From assembly GCA_963667255.1 (NCBI GenBank), contig OY762940.1:1120001-1184000 (forward strand): a stretch of DNA of 64,000 nt, read 5' to 3'. Source of the DNA: Candidatus Cloacimonadota bacterium. GTDB taxonomy: Bacteria > Cloacimonadota > Cloacimonadia > G963667145. The translations under genes were made by a program, and so were the position numbers. The notes under the pieces are model-generated. The model did no database searches, was not told the DNA's origin, and saw only the letters and a list, made by a program, of their open reading frames with translations. Within the stretch, counting starts at the first letter, position 1; each line of letters opens with the position of its first letter. Shown here in pieces: positions 28,385 to 40,541 of the stretch.

Positions 28385-28506
28385 GATGTTTACGAACATT
28401 TTTACTAAATACGCAAAGGAGCCTCATCGGGTTATCCCCGATTATATCTAAATTTTTCGCCTTAAATATGTTATTTATTGGTAATAGTAAAGTTTAAGGA
28501 GAAAAA

Positions 28507-29886
28507 GTGAAAATAATACCTGAACCGTTTAAAATCAAAATGGTTGAACCTATTTCCTTGATTAGTCGTGAATTAAGGGAAAAGTATCTTGTTGAAGCGG
28601 GATATAACCCGTTTTCTTTGAAAGCCGAGCATGTTTTTATAGATTTATTGACCGACAGTGGCACTGGTGCTATGAGTGACAGGCAATGGTCGGGATTGAT
28701 GCTTGGTGATGAGTCTTATGCTGGCAGCCGTAATTTTTATCATTTGCAAGAGGCTGCACAAGACACTTTCGGCTATGAATACATCATTCCCACACATCAG
28801 GGAAGAGGAGCTGAACAGATTTTATTTCCGCAATTGTTGAAGAAAAAAGGAGACTTTTTTATCAGCAATATGCATTTCGATACCACCAAGGCTCATGTAG
28901 AACTTTGCGGAGGAGTTGCACTTAACACCATAACTCCCAAGGCTTTCGATACAGATGCTTACGACGATTGGAAAGGCAATTTCGATTTGGATAAATTGGA
29001 GAGCATAATTTCCGAGAAAGGTGCGGAAAATATTTCTGCTATCATCATCACCATCACTTGCAACTCCAGTGGTGGTCAGCCTGTTTCTATGGACAATATC
29101 AAAAGTGTGAGTAAATTGGCAAAAAAGAACAATATCGTTGTGATTTTCGATTCTGCTCGATTTGCAGAGAACGCCTATTTTATCAAAGAGAGAGACCTAA
29201 ATTACAAAAACAGCTCGATTACGGACATAGTCAAGGAGATGTATTCCTACGGAGATTGCCTCACTTGTTCGGCTAAAAAGGACGCTATAGTGAATATGGG
29301 TGGACTTATCGCCATCAAAGAGGACAGCGAACTTTATGATGCTTGCAGGTCATATCTCGTGCCGATGGAGGGTTTCCCGACTTATGGCGGTCTTAATGGC
29401 AGAGATATGGAGGCTTTGGCGATAGGTCTGCGAGAGGGCGTTAATTACGACTATCTGCATTACCGCATCGGTCAGGTCAAATTTTTGGGCGATTTGCTGA
29501 GAGAGGCTGGAGTTCCCATTCAGTATCCGACCGGAGGTCATGCCGTTTTCGTAGATTGTGCCAAGATTTGTCCTCATATTCCTTTTGACCAATTTCCCGC
29601 TCAAGCTGTGTGTAACGCAGTCTATCTGGAAGGAGGAGTGCGACCAGTGGAAATCGGTTCGTTTTTGCTTGGCAGAGACCCTATCACCAGAGAAAATCTG
29701 CAATCCGATTTGGAGCTTATGAGACTTACCATTCCGCGTAGAGTCTATACGGACAACCATATGCGGTATATAGCACAAACCGTGATAGAGGTCGCAAATA
29801 ATGCTAAAAAATTGAAAGGTTTTGAATTTGAGTATGAGCCCAAAGTGCTGAGACATTTTACCGCACGACTGAAACCGATAGTTTAA
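28507..29886 (+). CDS. tnaA: Tryptophanase (tryptophan indole-lyase)
   Basis: [26 protein letters not shown] (PLP lysine), GGHAV; VEIGS and LRHF favour tryptophanase over tyrosine phenol-lyase (MERG, LRFF). Confidence 0.9.
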   Translation: MKIIPEPFKIKMVEPISLISRELREKYLVEAGYNPFSLKAEHVFIDLLTDSGTGAMSDRQWSGLMLGDESYAGSRNFYHLQEAAQDTFGYEYIIPTHQGRGAEQILFPQLLKKKGDFFISNMHFDTTKAHVELCGGVALNTITPKAFDTDAYDDWKGNFDLDKLESIISEKGAENISAIIITITCNSSGGQPVSMDNIKSVSKLAKKNNIVVIFDSARFAENAYFIKERDLNYKNSSITDIVKEMYSYGDCLTCSAKKDAIVNMGGLIAIKEDSELYDACRSYLVPMEGFPTYGGLNGRDMEALAIGLREGVNYDYLHYRIGQVKFLGDLLREAGVPIQYPTGGHAVFVDCAKICPHIPFDQFPAQAVCNAVYLEGGVRPVEIGSFLLGRDPITRENLQSDLELMRLTIPRRVYTDNHMRYIAQTVIEVANNAKKLKGFEFEYEPKVLRHFTARLKPIV

Positions 29887-29899
29887 TTTTTTGAATATA

Positions 29900-29950
29900 A
29901 AAGTTTGCTCATTTGATTTGAGAAAATCTGTGAGCAAACTTTGTTTTATT
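29900..29950 (+). terminator. Rho-independent terminator after tnaA
   Basis: Inverted repeat aaagtttgctca/tgagcaaacttt followed by a T-rich tract. Confidence 0.65.
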
Positions 29951-30056
29951 TAGAGCAAGGAATAGAAACTATTTGACAATTATAACGACATTTCCCTTTT
30001 TACGACAGTATTGCTTTCGAGGAAACAATATTTTTTTAAGGAGAGATTGTAAGAGT

Positions 30057-30794
30057 ATGTCAGGACATAATAAATGGAGCTCTATCAAGCATAAGAAGGG
30101 AGCTGCCGATATAAAGAGAGCCAAACTTTTTACTAAGCTTATTAAGGAAATCACTGTTGCTGCTCGTCAAGGTGGTGGCGATGAATCTGCCAATCCGAGA
30201 CTGAGAACGGCAATATCTACCGCCAAAGTCGCAAATATGCCTACCAATAATATAGAAAAGGCTATTAAGCGAGGCACCGGCGAAACCGAAGGCGTTAACT
30301 ACGAAGAGATTACTTACGAAGGTTATGGACAAGCCGGAGTGGCTATCATTGTTGAGTGCCTCACGGACAATCGCAAGAGGTCTGTTGCCGAGGTAAGACA
30401 TATATTCTCCAAATATGGTGGAAACTTAGCGGAGAGTGGAGCTGTTTCTTGGGTTTTTGATTCCAAAGGGGAGATTACGGTTAAAAGCGATTTGGGCGAA
30501 GACGATTTTATGCTGAAGGCTTTGGATTGCGGTGCGGAGGATGTGGAGTTTGACGATGGAGAGTATTTGGTTTATACCGACTCCAAAGAGTTGCATGTGG
30601 TTGCGGACGCTTTGAGTTCCGAGGGTTTTGATGTGGTAAAATTTGAGTTGACCAAAATCCCGAAAAATACCGTAAATGCGGACGATGTTGCTGAGAAACT
30701 CTTGAACCTTATTGATATGTTGGAAGATTGTGATGATGTGCAGAAAGTTTATGCAAATTTTGAAATCTCGGACGAAGTTTTAGAAAAATTATAA
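30057..30794 (+). CDS. yebC: YebC/PmpR family protein
   Basis: MSGHNKWSSIKHKK, NPRLR, YEGYG and DDVQKVYAN motifs; start moved to ATG 30057. Confidence 0.95.
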   Translation: MSGHNKWSSIKHKKGAADIKRAKLFTKLIKEITVAARQGGGDESANPRLRTAISTAKVANMPTNNIEKAIKRGTGETEGVNYEEITYEGYGQAGVAIIVECLTDNRKRSVAEVRHIFSKYGGNLAESGAVSWVFDSKGEITVKSDLGEDDFMLKALDCGAEDVEFDDGEYLVYTDSKELHVVADALSSEGFDVVKFELTKIPKNTVNADDVAEKLLNLIDMLEDCDDVQKVYANFEISDEVLEKL

Positions 30795-30817
30795 AAAAAG
30801 AAAAAAATAGTTGATAA

Positions 30818-32657
<1,840 letters not shown>

Positions 32658-32661
<4 letters not shown>

Positions 32662-33047
32662 TAAGTAAAAAAAAAATTTCCGACCAAGAGTTTGAACAAT
32701 TATTGGACGAACTTGCTTCTTACAAAAATGAGAAGGAAAAGTTACGGAATATTTTGGGACAGATTGGTGGTAGAACTGGTAATTTTTCCAAGGTAATAAC
32801 GGTTATTTTTGTTTCTTTGGTCATAGTTCTCTTTTTGGTGGATTTATATAGGAATATTTTCTATTTTGACAATTGGTCTAGCGTTCTGACGGTTGAGATA
32901 GGCTTGTTTTTGGTTTCTATCAAACTGATTTGGATGATGCATTTGCAGAGTAAAGTCAGTCATTTTCAATTTTGGATTCTCAATGCTATCGAGTTTAAGG
33001 TGAATAGAATTTCAAAAAAAATCAATGAATTGGAGCGAAAGCTTTAG
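32658..33047 (+). CDS. Hypothetical membrane protein (2 TM)
   Basis: 129-aa ORF overlapping the atpC stop (ATGA); two hydrophobic segments. Confidence 0.7.
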
Positions 33048-33078
33048 AGATGCATTCTTTTTATAAGGAGAATAATTA

Positions 33079-34698
33079 ATGAAAAAAGGTAAATTTAGAT
33101 TTACTATAGTAGTTTTGGTGGTTTTGGCGATTGTTTACTATTTGTTGCCATTGGTTTTCCCAGCTACTTCCGGAAGTGGTTTTACTTCCAAAAAACTCAA
33201 TCTCGGTTTGGATTTGCAAGGTGGTATGAGAATTGTTTTGGGGGTTGATGACAAAGATTTGAACCTTACACAAGAGCAAAAAAATCATGTTGTTGAGACC
33301 TCTTTGGAGATTATTCGCAATCGTGTGGACGAGTTTGGTGTTACCGAACCGTCTATTCAGAGAGTTGGGGATAATCGCATTGCGGTGAGTTTGCCGGGTG
33401 TCAAAGATTTTAAGAGAGCTGAAAAGCTTATTGGCAAGACCGCATTGCTTGAGTTTCAAATCCTTGGCGAAACCGAAGAACTGTCTGGGATTATCAAAGA
33501 GATTGATGAATATTTGCAAAAGAACAATAAGAAATTTCCATATTTGACTGAAAAGTTGGCAAAGAGCGATGAGGATATTTCCGAGTCTGTTTTGGATGAT
33601 GAAAAAGATAAATCTAAGGCAAAGAAAGATAAATATTCTAAGTTGTTCACATCATTGGTTAATTACAACGGAAACAGTAGTCTTGTGATTCTTCAGGAAA
33701 ATTTGGAGTTGTTTAAGAAGCTATTGAGTGAAAAGAAAATAAAGGCGATTTTGCCTCAAGAGTATAGTTTTAATTTGGGCAAAACTCAATACGATGAAAA
33801 TGAGATTGCTCTCTACACTCCATTGTTCTTCTTGCAAAAGAAAGTTCAATTGTCCGGCAAATATCTTAAATCTGCCGATGTTAAAGTTGGACAAGATGTA
33901 GGCGGTATTCAAACTAATTCGCCTTATGTTTCTTTGGAGTTTGACGCTGAAGGTGCAAAGAAATTCGCCAACATAACAGCTGACAATCTGCACAAACGAC
34001 TTGCGATTGTGTTGGATGGAGTTGTTTATATGGCTCCGACTATCAATTCGCGAATAGTGGACGGCAAAGCCAGTATTACAGGAAGTATGAGTATGGAAGA
34101 GGTGCAAAACCTTGTTATTGTGTTGCGTGCCGGTAATTTGCCTGCTCCTGTTACTATTTTGGAACGCCGTTCCGTTGGACCTACATTGGGTGCTGACAGC
34201 ATTAAAGCTGGGTTGCTTGCCGGTCTTTTGGGATTGGCAGTTATTCTTCTTTTTATGGTTTTCTACTATCGCTTGTCAGGCATCTTGTCTATTGTTGCTG
34301 TTGTTGCCAATATTCTTTTCATTTTGGCAGCTCTGACTATGTTTTCCGCCACTCTCACTATGCCGGGTATTGCTGGTATCGTGCTTACCATAGGTATGGC
34401 TGTGGATGGATGCGTGCTTATTTTTGAGAGGATTAGAGAGGAGTTGGATTTGGAACGCAGTGTTTCCGCTTCTATTTCCGCAGGATTTCAAAAAGCTTTT
34501 TGGATTATTATGGATGCAAATATCACTACTCTTATCACTGCTGCTGTTTTGTATAAATTTGGAAGTGGTCCTATCAGAGGTTTTGCCGTTACTCTGTCTA
34601 TTGGAATAGTTGGTTCGCTTTTCTCCACTTTGATATTGGTTAAGCTCTTTTTTGAAAAATTTATTCAGAATAAAAATTTGAAAAAGCTTAGTATTTAA
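33079..34698 (+). CDS. secD: Protein translocase subunit SecD
   Basis: LGLDLQGG, IRNRVDEFGVTEP, LAIVLDG, VGPTLG, GMAVD and DANITT motifs. Confidence 0.97.
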   Translation: MKKGKFRFTIVVLVVLAIVYYLLPLVFPATSGSGFTSKKLNLGLDLQGGMRIVLGVDDKDLNLTQEQKNHVVETSLEIIRNRVDEFGVTEPSIQRVGDNRIAVSLPGVKDFKRAEKLIGKTALLEFQILGETEELSGIIKEIDEYLQKNNKKFPYLTEKLAKSDEDISESVLDDEKDKSKAKKDKYSKLFTSLVNYNGNSSLVILQENLELFKKLLSEKKIKAILPQEYSFNLGKTQYDENEIALYTPLFFLQKKVQLSGKYLKSADVKVGQDVGGIQTNSPYVSLEFDAEGAKKFANITADNLHKRLAIVLDGVVYMAPTINSRIVDGKASITGSMSMEEVQNLVIVLRAGNLPAPVTILERRSVGPTLGADSIKAGLLAGLLGLAVILLFMVFYYRLSGILSIVAVVANILFILAALTMFSATLTMPGIAGIVLTIGMAVDGCVLIFERIREELDLERSVSASISAGFQKAFWIIMDANITTLITAAVLYKFGSGPIRGFAVTLSIGIVGSLFSTLILVKLFFEKFIQNKNLKKLSI

Positions 34699-34709
34699 GG
34701 ATATAGATT

Positions 34710-35642
34710 ATGAGATTATTTAAAAATTCTAAAATAGATTTTGTAGGCAGAAGAAGAATGATGTTTGCTTTGTCTGCCTTGTTGATAATAGCCAGTGTTG
34801 TTTCTTTGATAGTGAAAGGCGGTCCCAGCTACGGAATAGACTTTACAGGTGGAGTAGCTATGGAGGTCAATCTTAGTTCCGGCGATGATAACTCTTTGAC
34901 TCTCAAAGATGTTAGAGACGCTTTTTCGGGTAGCAAATACGAAAATGTTCGTTTGCAACAACTTGCTATGCAAAAAGATAAAAACATATTTTTGCTTTCA
35001 GTGCAAATTCCCGACGGTGAGAACGCTGTTGATATTGAAAACGATATTGTTGCCATCCTGAAAGAGAAATTGCCTGAATATTCCAAGAGCGAAGATTTGG
35101 TCCGAAGTTCCGAAACAGTTGGTCCTCAGATAGGGGATGAGTTGAAGGGCAAGGCTCTTAAAGCTATTCTGTATGCTTTGATTGGGATTATCATTTATAT
35201 TTGGTGGAGATTCAAGAAATTTACTTACGGAGCTGCTGCTGTTATCGCTTTGGCTCACGATGTTTTTATTACCATCGGAGTTTTCTCTTTTTTAAATTTG
35301 GAATTTAGCTTGGAGATAGTTGCCGCTTTGCTTACTTTGGTTGGTTACTCTCTCAACGACACCATCGTGGTGTTTGCCCGCATTAGAGAGGATTTGAAGA
35401 AAAATTCTCGTATGCTATTTCCTGATATCGTAAATTTTAGCATCAATGAGACTCTGAGTCGGACTGTTATCACTTCGCTTACCACTTTTTTGGTGGTGTT
35501 GTCCTTGTATCTATTTGGTGGCACGGTTATTCACGACTTTTCATTCGCCATCTTAGTTGGGGTAATTATCGGTACTTATTCTTCTATTTTCGTTGCCAGT
35601 CCTATTTTGGTTGAAGTCTATTTGAAGAAGAAAAAGAAGTAA
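34710..35642 (+). CDS. secF: Protein translocase subunit SecF
   Basis: GIDFTGG, VGPQIG, HDV, GYSLNDTIV, RTVITS and GTYSSIF motifs. Confidence 0.97.
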   Translation: MRLFKNSKIDFVGRRRMMFALSALLIIASVVSLIVKGGPSYGIDFTGGVAMEVNLSSGDDNSLTLKDVRDAFSGSKYENVRLQQLAMQKDKNIFLLSVQIPDGENAVDIENDIVAILKEKLPEYSKSEDLVRSSETVGPQIGDELKGKALKAILYALIGIIIYIWWRFKKFTYGAAAVIALAHDVFITIGVFSFLNLEFSLEIVAALLTLVGYSLNDTIVVFARIREDLKKNSRMLFPDIVNFSINETLSRTVITSLTTFLVVLSLYLFGGTVIHDFSFAILVGVIIGTYSSIFVASPILVEVYLKKKKK

Positions 35643-35644
35643 TT

Positions 35645-37117
35645 TTGTCGGATGTAAAGTTGAACAAAATTAGAGCGATTTTTTTAGTAATTTTGGTTTT
35701 TCCATATTTACTTTTGGGGGTAGATTCCGAGAATTTGGATTTACCCTCTGTTACTATTGAGGGCAAAGATAAATTGCAACAAAAGGACGAATTTCGTTTT
35801 GATGACGATTTGTCCGAGCAGTGGCAAATAGAGGGAGATGTCAATTTTGATGCTGAACTCCAGAGCCTTGAACTTTTCCCCGATATAGACAGCTCTGCTA
35901 CCAATGCCAAGCAAGGCTTTTTGGATTTGTGGCTTGGCTATGGGCATCGTCTGAATTTTAAGGGTGTTTATCATCATCCTATAAAAAAAATCTTAAATTT
36001 TGAATTTGAATCTCAAAACTATTTGTATGACGACGATTGGCATAGTTTTAGGCAATCTTTTTTGTGGACACCGTATTTGGACAAATCAAGGCTTAACTTC
36101 AAAGCAGATAGACTGGATGCCAAAGCAAATTCGCTCACTACCGATATTACCAAAGGCGAACTCAATTTTGATTTAGCAGTTACAGACAGCACATTGCAAG
36201 GTGTTGGCTTAGCTTTTGTTTTTGAAAATATCAATCAGAATTACTATGGCAATTCCCTGACTAAAGATTATGTGAATTTCTGCGTTACACCAAGAGGGGC
36301 ATATCGAGATATTGCCATTACGGCTGACTTTTTCTATTACAACAAAAATTTTAATGCGGAACTGGATGCCAGAAAAGAGTTTAACAAATGGGGCTTTTAT
36401 AACATTGATTTGTGGCTTGGATTGGCGAGCGATAATTTTATGCCGTCTGTTGTTTTCTCTGCGTTGTATTTTTTGCCGAGGAAAATTTATCTTTCTATAG
36501 AGAATAATCCGAGTGTTTCCAAGCTGACTTATTTGGATGTGTTTGCGGAAAATTACGCTCAAAATGCAGATTACGATTTGCAACAAGAGGTAACGCCCCT
36601 TGATTTTACCTTGAAATTGGGCTACAAAAGGTATTTGGTTGTTAGTAACAATCTGAGTTACAAGATGAGCCATATCTATTACAATCAAGGGAAATCGGAC
36701 AAAGATTATATTGCTAAAGACGGGGATTTTTTGGTTAACTGTTCCGGACTAACTTCTGAATATAATTACAAAAATTTCGGCTTGTCGGCTTCTTATAGTA
36801 GAGCGATTGTGATAAATAGAAGCAAAGATTATATCCCTTATGAGCCGGGCGGAGTTGCCAAGATTTCCGTTTCGCATACTCAATTTGAAAAATTTATTTC
36901 TACGGTTATTTTTGAAGTTGATAATTTTATCAAAAATGATGTGGGTGAAAAAATTGATGATAAATTGAACCTGAATTTTGAGCAAGTTTGGAAATACTCC
37001 AGTCAACTTAGCTTTAACTTGAATTTCGTTAATTTATTGGACAATAAACTGAATAAATACTCGGGCTATCCTGACAAAGGTGTGCAGGTTTACGGGGGAG
37101 TTAAGTGGTATTTTTGA
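35645..37117 (+). CDS. Putative outer-membrane beta-barrel protein
   Basis: Signal-like N-terminus, alternating aromatic beta-strand pattern, NLLD near the C-terminus and terminal GVKWYF. Confidence 0.6.
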   Translation: MSDVKLNKIRAIFLVILVFPYLLLGVDSENLDLPSVTIEGKDKLQQKDEFRFDDDLSEQWQIEGDVNFDAELQSLELFPDIDSSATNAKQGFLDLWLGYGHRLNFKGVYHHPIKKILNFEFESQNYLYDDDWHSFRQSFLWTPYLDKSRLNFKADRLDAKANSLTTDITKGELNFDLAVTDSTLQGVGLAFVFENINQNYYGNSLTKDYVNFCVTPRGAYRDIAITADFFYYNKNFNAELDARKEFNKWGFYNIDLWLGLASDNFMPSVVFSALYFLPRKIYLSIENNPSVSKLTYLDVFAENYAQNADYDLQQEVTPLDFTLKLGYKRYLVVSNNLSYKMSHIYYNQGKSDKDYIAKDGDFLVNCSGLTSEYNYKNFGLSASYSRAIVINRSKDYIPYEPGGVAKISVSHTQFEKFISTVIFEVDNFIKNDVGEKIDDKLNLNFEQVWKYSSQLSFNLNFVNLLDNKLNKYSGYPDKGVQVYGGVKWYF

Positions 37118-37139
37118 TGTTTTGCGGGGAATGTGAATA

Positions 37140-38555
37140 GTGAAAGTTACTATAGGCTTGGAAGTTCATACCCAGTTATTGACCAAAAGCAAGGCGTTTT
37201 GTGGCTGTTCTACGGAGTTTGGTCGCGAGCCCAATTCTAACACATGCCAAGTTTGTCTCGGGATGCCGGGTGCTCTTCCCAAGGTTAACAAGAAATTGAT
37301 AGATAATGCGATTATTTTGGGGCTTAGCCTCGGATGCAAGATAGATAATAAGGTGCAGTTTGCCCGAAAAAACTACTTTTATCCTGACTTGGCGAAAGGC
37401 TACCAAATCAGTCAGAGCAATAAGCCGATTTGTTCGGAAGGGTTTTTGACTTTGGACAGCGGGAGAACTATTGGCATAGAGAGGATTCATATGGAGGAGG
37501 ACACCGCCAAGAGTATGCACGATTCTTCTTATGTGCCTTCCGGTCGCAGTTATTTGGATTACAATAGAGCGGGAGTTCCGCTTTTGGAGATAGTTTCTAA
37601 GCCCGATATGCATTCGGGAGAAGAGGCTTACGAGTATTTGCACAAACTGAAACAAATCCTTATTTACTTGGGAATTTCCGATGGCAATATGGCTCAAGGC
37701 TCGCTTCGGTGTGATGTAAACATCTCTATCAGTGATACGGAAGAGCTCGGGACCAAGGTGGAAATCAAGAATTTGAACTCGTTTAAAAATGTGCAAAAAG
37801 CTATCGAAATCGAAGCAGATATTCAAAAAGAGGCTTTGAAAAGCGGCGAAAGAATTTTGCAAGCGACCAAAACTCTAAATCCTGCTACGATGAATTTGTC
37901 CATTATGCGGATTAAAGAGGGCAGTAGTGATTACCGCTATTTTAACGAGCCAGATATTCCGCTGATTGTCGTCCCTGATGAGCATATAGAAAATCTCAAG
38001 AACCATTTGGTTGAGTTGCCTGATGCCAAGCGGAAGCGATTCGTTGAGCAATACAACATTACTATGCAGGACGCTGTTGTTCTTACGGAGACGGAGCATA
38101 TCGCTTCTTACTATGAAACTGCTTGTCTGACTGGGGACGCCAAAACGGTCTCCAATCTGATACAAGCTGAACTTTTGGCTTTTTTGAACAAAGAGGAACT
38201 CGAAATTCAAGACTGTTTGATTACAGCCGAGATGATGGGGGAGCTGGCGAAATTGGTCTCTTCGGGAGAGCTTAGTTCCAAAATGGCGAAAAATGTTTTT
38301 GCCGAATTGGTGGAAAATCCTCGTTCTCCCAAGAAAATTGTTTCCGAATTGGGGCTTGTGCAGATTTCCGATGAGAAGATTATCACGGGGATGATTGAGA
38401 AAATTTTTACTGCCAATCCAGAACAGTTGCAACAATATCGTTCGGGGAAAGATAAGTTATTTGGTTTTTTTGTCGGTCAGTTGATGAAAGTCTCTCAAGG
38501 GCAAGTTAACCCCAATATTGCCAATAGTTTGCTGGTAAAGCTCCTAAAGAATTAG
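37140..38555 (+). CDS. gatB: Asp-tRNA(Asn)/Glu-tRNA(Gln) amidotransferase subunit B
   Basis: IGLEVH, RKNYFYPDL, HMEEDTAK, NRAGVPL.EIV, LRCDVN and DYRYF motifs. Confidence 0.97.
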   Translation: MKVTIGLEVHTQLLTKSKAFCGCSTEFGREPNSNTCQVCLGMPGALPKVNKKLIDNAIILGLSLGCKIDNKVQFARKNYFYPDLAKGYQISQSNKPICSEGFLTLDSGRTIGIERIHMEEDTAKSMHDSSYVPSGRSYLDYNRAGVPLLEIVSKPDMHSGEEAYEYLHKLKQILIYLGISDGNMAQGSLRCDVNISISDTEELGTKVEIKNLNSFKNVQKAIEIEADIQKEALKSGERILQATKTLNPATMNLSIMRIKEGSSDYRYFNEPDIPLIVVPDEHIENLKNHLVELPDAKRKRFVEQYNITMQDAVVLTETEHIASYYETACLTGDAKTVSNLIQAELLAFLNKEELEIQDCLITAEMMGELAKLVSSGELSSKMAKNVFAELVENPRSPKKIVSELGLVQISDEKIITGMIEKIFTANPEQLQQYRSGKDKLFGFFVGQLMKVSQGQVNPNIANSLLVKLLKN

Positions 38556-38556
38556 A

Positions 38557-39792
38557 ATGCATTTCAGCTTAATAATTGTCCTACTTATTGCAGATTATCT
38601 TTTTGATTTGGTTTGCGATATCTCCACTTTGAAGTGCCTTGATAAGCCTATGCCTACGGAATTTTCCGATGTTTTTGATGAGGAGAAATACGCCAAAAGT
38701 CAGCAATATGCCAAAGCACAAACCAAGTTTGGCATTTGTAAAAGTAGCATAACTTTGTTGCTTTATCTCCTCTTTTTGTCATTCAATGGCTTTTCTTATC
38801 TCGATAATTTTGTCAGAGGGTTTGGATTTGGCAATGTTTTTTCCGGCTCTGTATTCATTGGGCTTGTCATACTTGTTTTGACCGTTTTCAGTTTGCCCTT
38901 TGATGTCTATTTCACTTTCGTTTTGGAGTCAAAATTCGGTTTCAATAAAACCTCTGTCGGAACTTTTGTTTTGGATAAAATCAAAGGAGTTACAATTTCT
39001 CTGATTTTAGTTTGTTGCATCTTTTCTCTGATAGTCTATATTTTCAATGCGTTCGGCACTATGGCTTGGGTTTATACTTGGATTGCTTTGATAATTTTGG
39101 GATTGTTTTTGAGTTTCGTTGCTCCTGTGGTGATTTTGCCCTTGTTCAATAAATTTGTTCCTCTACCTGATGGGGAACTGAAAGACGCTATCTCCGACTA
39201 TATGCAAAGGCAAAAGTTTAAGATTTCTGGTTTGTTCTCCATAGACGGCTCAAAACGCTCTACGAAAGCGAACGCCTTTTTTACGGGATTTGGGAAAACG
39301 AAACGGATTGCTTTGTATGACACTTTAATCGAAAAAATGAAGACTTCGGAAATTGTTGCGGTTTTGGCTCATGAAGTCGGACATTGTGTGAATGGGCATG
39401 TAAAGAAAGGGCTTATTACCAGTTTTTTGACTACCGGATTTATGCTTTTTTTGTTCTCGTTTTTTGTAAATAACGCCAATCTTTATGCCGATTTTGGTGT
39501 GAGCGAGAGTAGCACTTACATTGGAATGATTTTGTTTAGCCTTATTTTTACTCCGGTATCCACGATTATTGATATATTCTCAGCTTATTTTTCTCGGAAA
39601 CATGAATATGAAGCGGACGAATACAGTGCTAAAACGACTGATGGCGGAACAAGTTTGATTTCCGCCTTGAAGGAGTTGTCGTTCAGCAACTTGAGCAACT
39701 TGACACCTTCTCCGCTCAGAGTTTTCATCAGTTACTCTCATCCGCCTGTTTTGGATAGGATTAGAGCACTAAGGGAAATAGGGAAAGATTAG
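38557..39792 (+). CDS. M48 family metallopeptidase (Ste24-like)
   Basis: DGSKRS, NAFFTG, AHEVGH, SRKHEYEAD and YSHPP motifs. Confidence 0.93.
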   Translation: MHFSLIIVLLIADYLFDLVCDISTLKCLDKPMPTEFSDVFDEEKYAKSQQYAKAQTKFGICKSSITLLLYLLFLSFNGFSYLDNFVRGFGFGNVFSGSVFIGLVILVLTVFSLPFDVYFTFVLESKFGFNKTSVGTFVLDKIKGVTISLILVCCIFSLIVYIFNAFGTMAWVYTWIALIILGLFLSFVAPVVILPLFNKFVPLPDGELKDAISDYMQRQKFKISGLFSIDGSKRSTKANAFFTGFGKTKRIALYDTLIEKMKTSEIVAVLAHEVGHCVNGHVKKGLITSFLTTGFMLFLFSFFVNNANLYADFGVSESSTYIGMILFSLIFTPVSTIIDIFSAYFSRKHEYEADEYSAKTTDGGTSLISALKELSFSNLSNLTPSPLRVFISYSHPPVLDRIRALREIGKD

Positions 39793-39798
39793 ATTTTT

Positions 39799-40170
39799 TC
39801 AATTCTTATTCAGATATTTTTCCATCTCGTCTTGAAATTGGTGAAAATATTTTTGGGAATTTTCTTTTATGGAATTACTCATCTTTTCATAGGTTTCTAT
39901 GTATTTTAAGGCAAATGGAGTAAGCGTGCTGCCACCTCGTTCTATGCCACCTTTACTTGCAAAAAGCAGTTTCTTTCCAGTAACTGATTCTACTCGTCTT
40001 ATCATTTTGTTTGCTTTTGAATAGGATAAGTTCATGCTCTCCGCAGCTTGTTTCAAGGAGTTGTGTTCGATGACAGCCTTTAGTAGCCAAACGATGCCGA
40101 TTCCCATAAACCGTTTCCGCTCATCGTCTAACAAAAACAGTTTTATCTCCAATTCGTGATTGTTTTTCAT
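39799..40170 (-). CDS. ModE-type winged-helix transcriptional regulator (DNA-binding domain only)
   Basis: FMGIG...LLKAV....SL.QAA..M..SYSKA...GG..GG..LT pattern. Confidence 0.8.
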   Translation of the reverse strand: MKNNHELEIKLFLLDDERKRFMGIGIVWLLKAVIEHNSLKQAAESMNLSYSKANKMIRRVESVTGKKLLFASKGGIERGGSTLTPFALKYIETYEKMSNSIKENSQKYFHQFQDEMEKYLNKN

Positions 40171-40358
40171 ATCGTCCTCGATATTTTTGTAGAAAAGTAT
40201 CGTTTCCGTGTCAAACTCTTTTAAAGATTAATTTTCTTCTTGGCATCTTGGATAAATTAAATTTTCAAATTTGCACCAACTTTGAGACTGTATCTTTCCA
40301 CATATCAAAAAAATATCCTTGACACAAAAATCCTTAATTTTTTACTTATTAATTATAA

Positions 40359-40468
40359 TTAATTTTCAGGGATAGGTGCAATTCCATACCGGCGGTAAAG
40401 CCCGCGAGCGAAAGCAGATTTGGTGATAATTCCAAAGCCGACAGTAAAGTCTGGATGAAAGAAAATTA
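40359..40468 (+). promoter_or_regulatory. FMN riboswitch (RFN element)
   Basis: TTCAGGGATAGGTGCAATTCCATACCGGCGGT, AGCCCGCGA, GATTTGGTG..ATTCCAAAGCCGACAGTAAAGTCTGGATGAAAGAA directly upstream of ribD. Confidence 0.97.
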
Positions 40469-40491
40469 TTAAAGATATTTTTATTTATTTT

Positions 40492-40531
40492 AATCCCTGT
40501 AAAGTCATATTTGCAGGGATTTTTATTTTTT
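40492..40531 (+). terminator. Intrinsic terminator forming the riboswitch expression platform
   Basis: Hairpin aatccctgtaaa/tttgcagggatt plus T tract between the aptamer and ribD. Confidence 0.8.
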
Positions 40532-40541
40532 AAGGTTTTTT

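Noticed and set aside
28507..29886. Tyrosine phenol-lyase as an alternative call
   Set aside because: VEIGS and LRHF match tryptophanase rather than TPL (MERG, LRFF).
40280..40290. ctttgagactg shared with 61336-61346
   Set aside because: An 11-bp match is expected by chance in 64 kb, and there is no matching inverted end after ribH.
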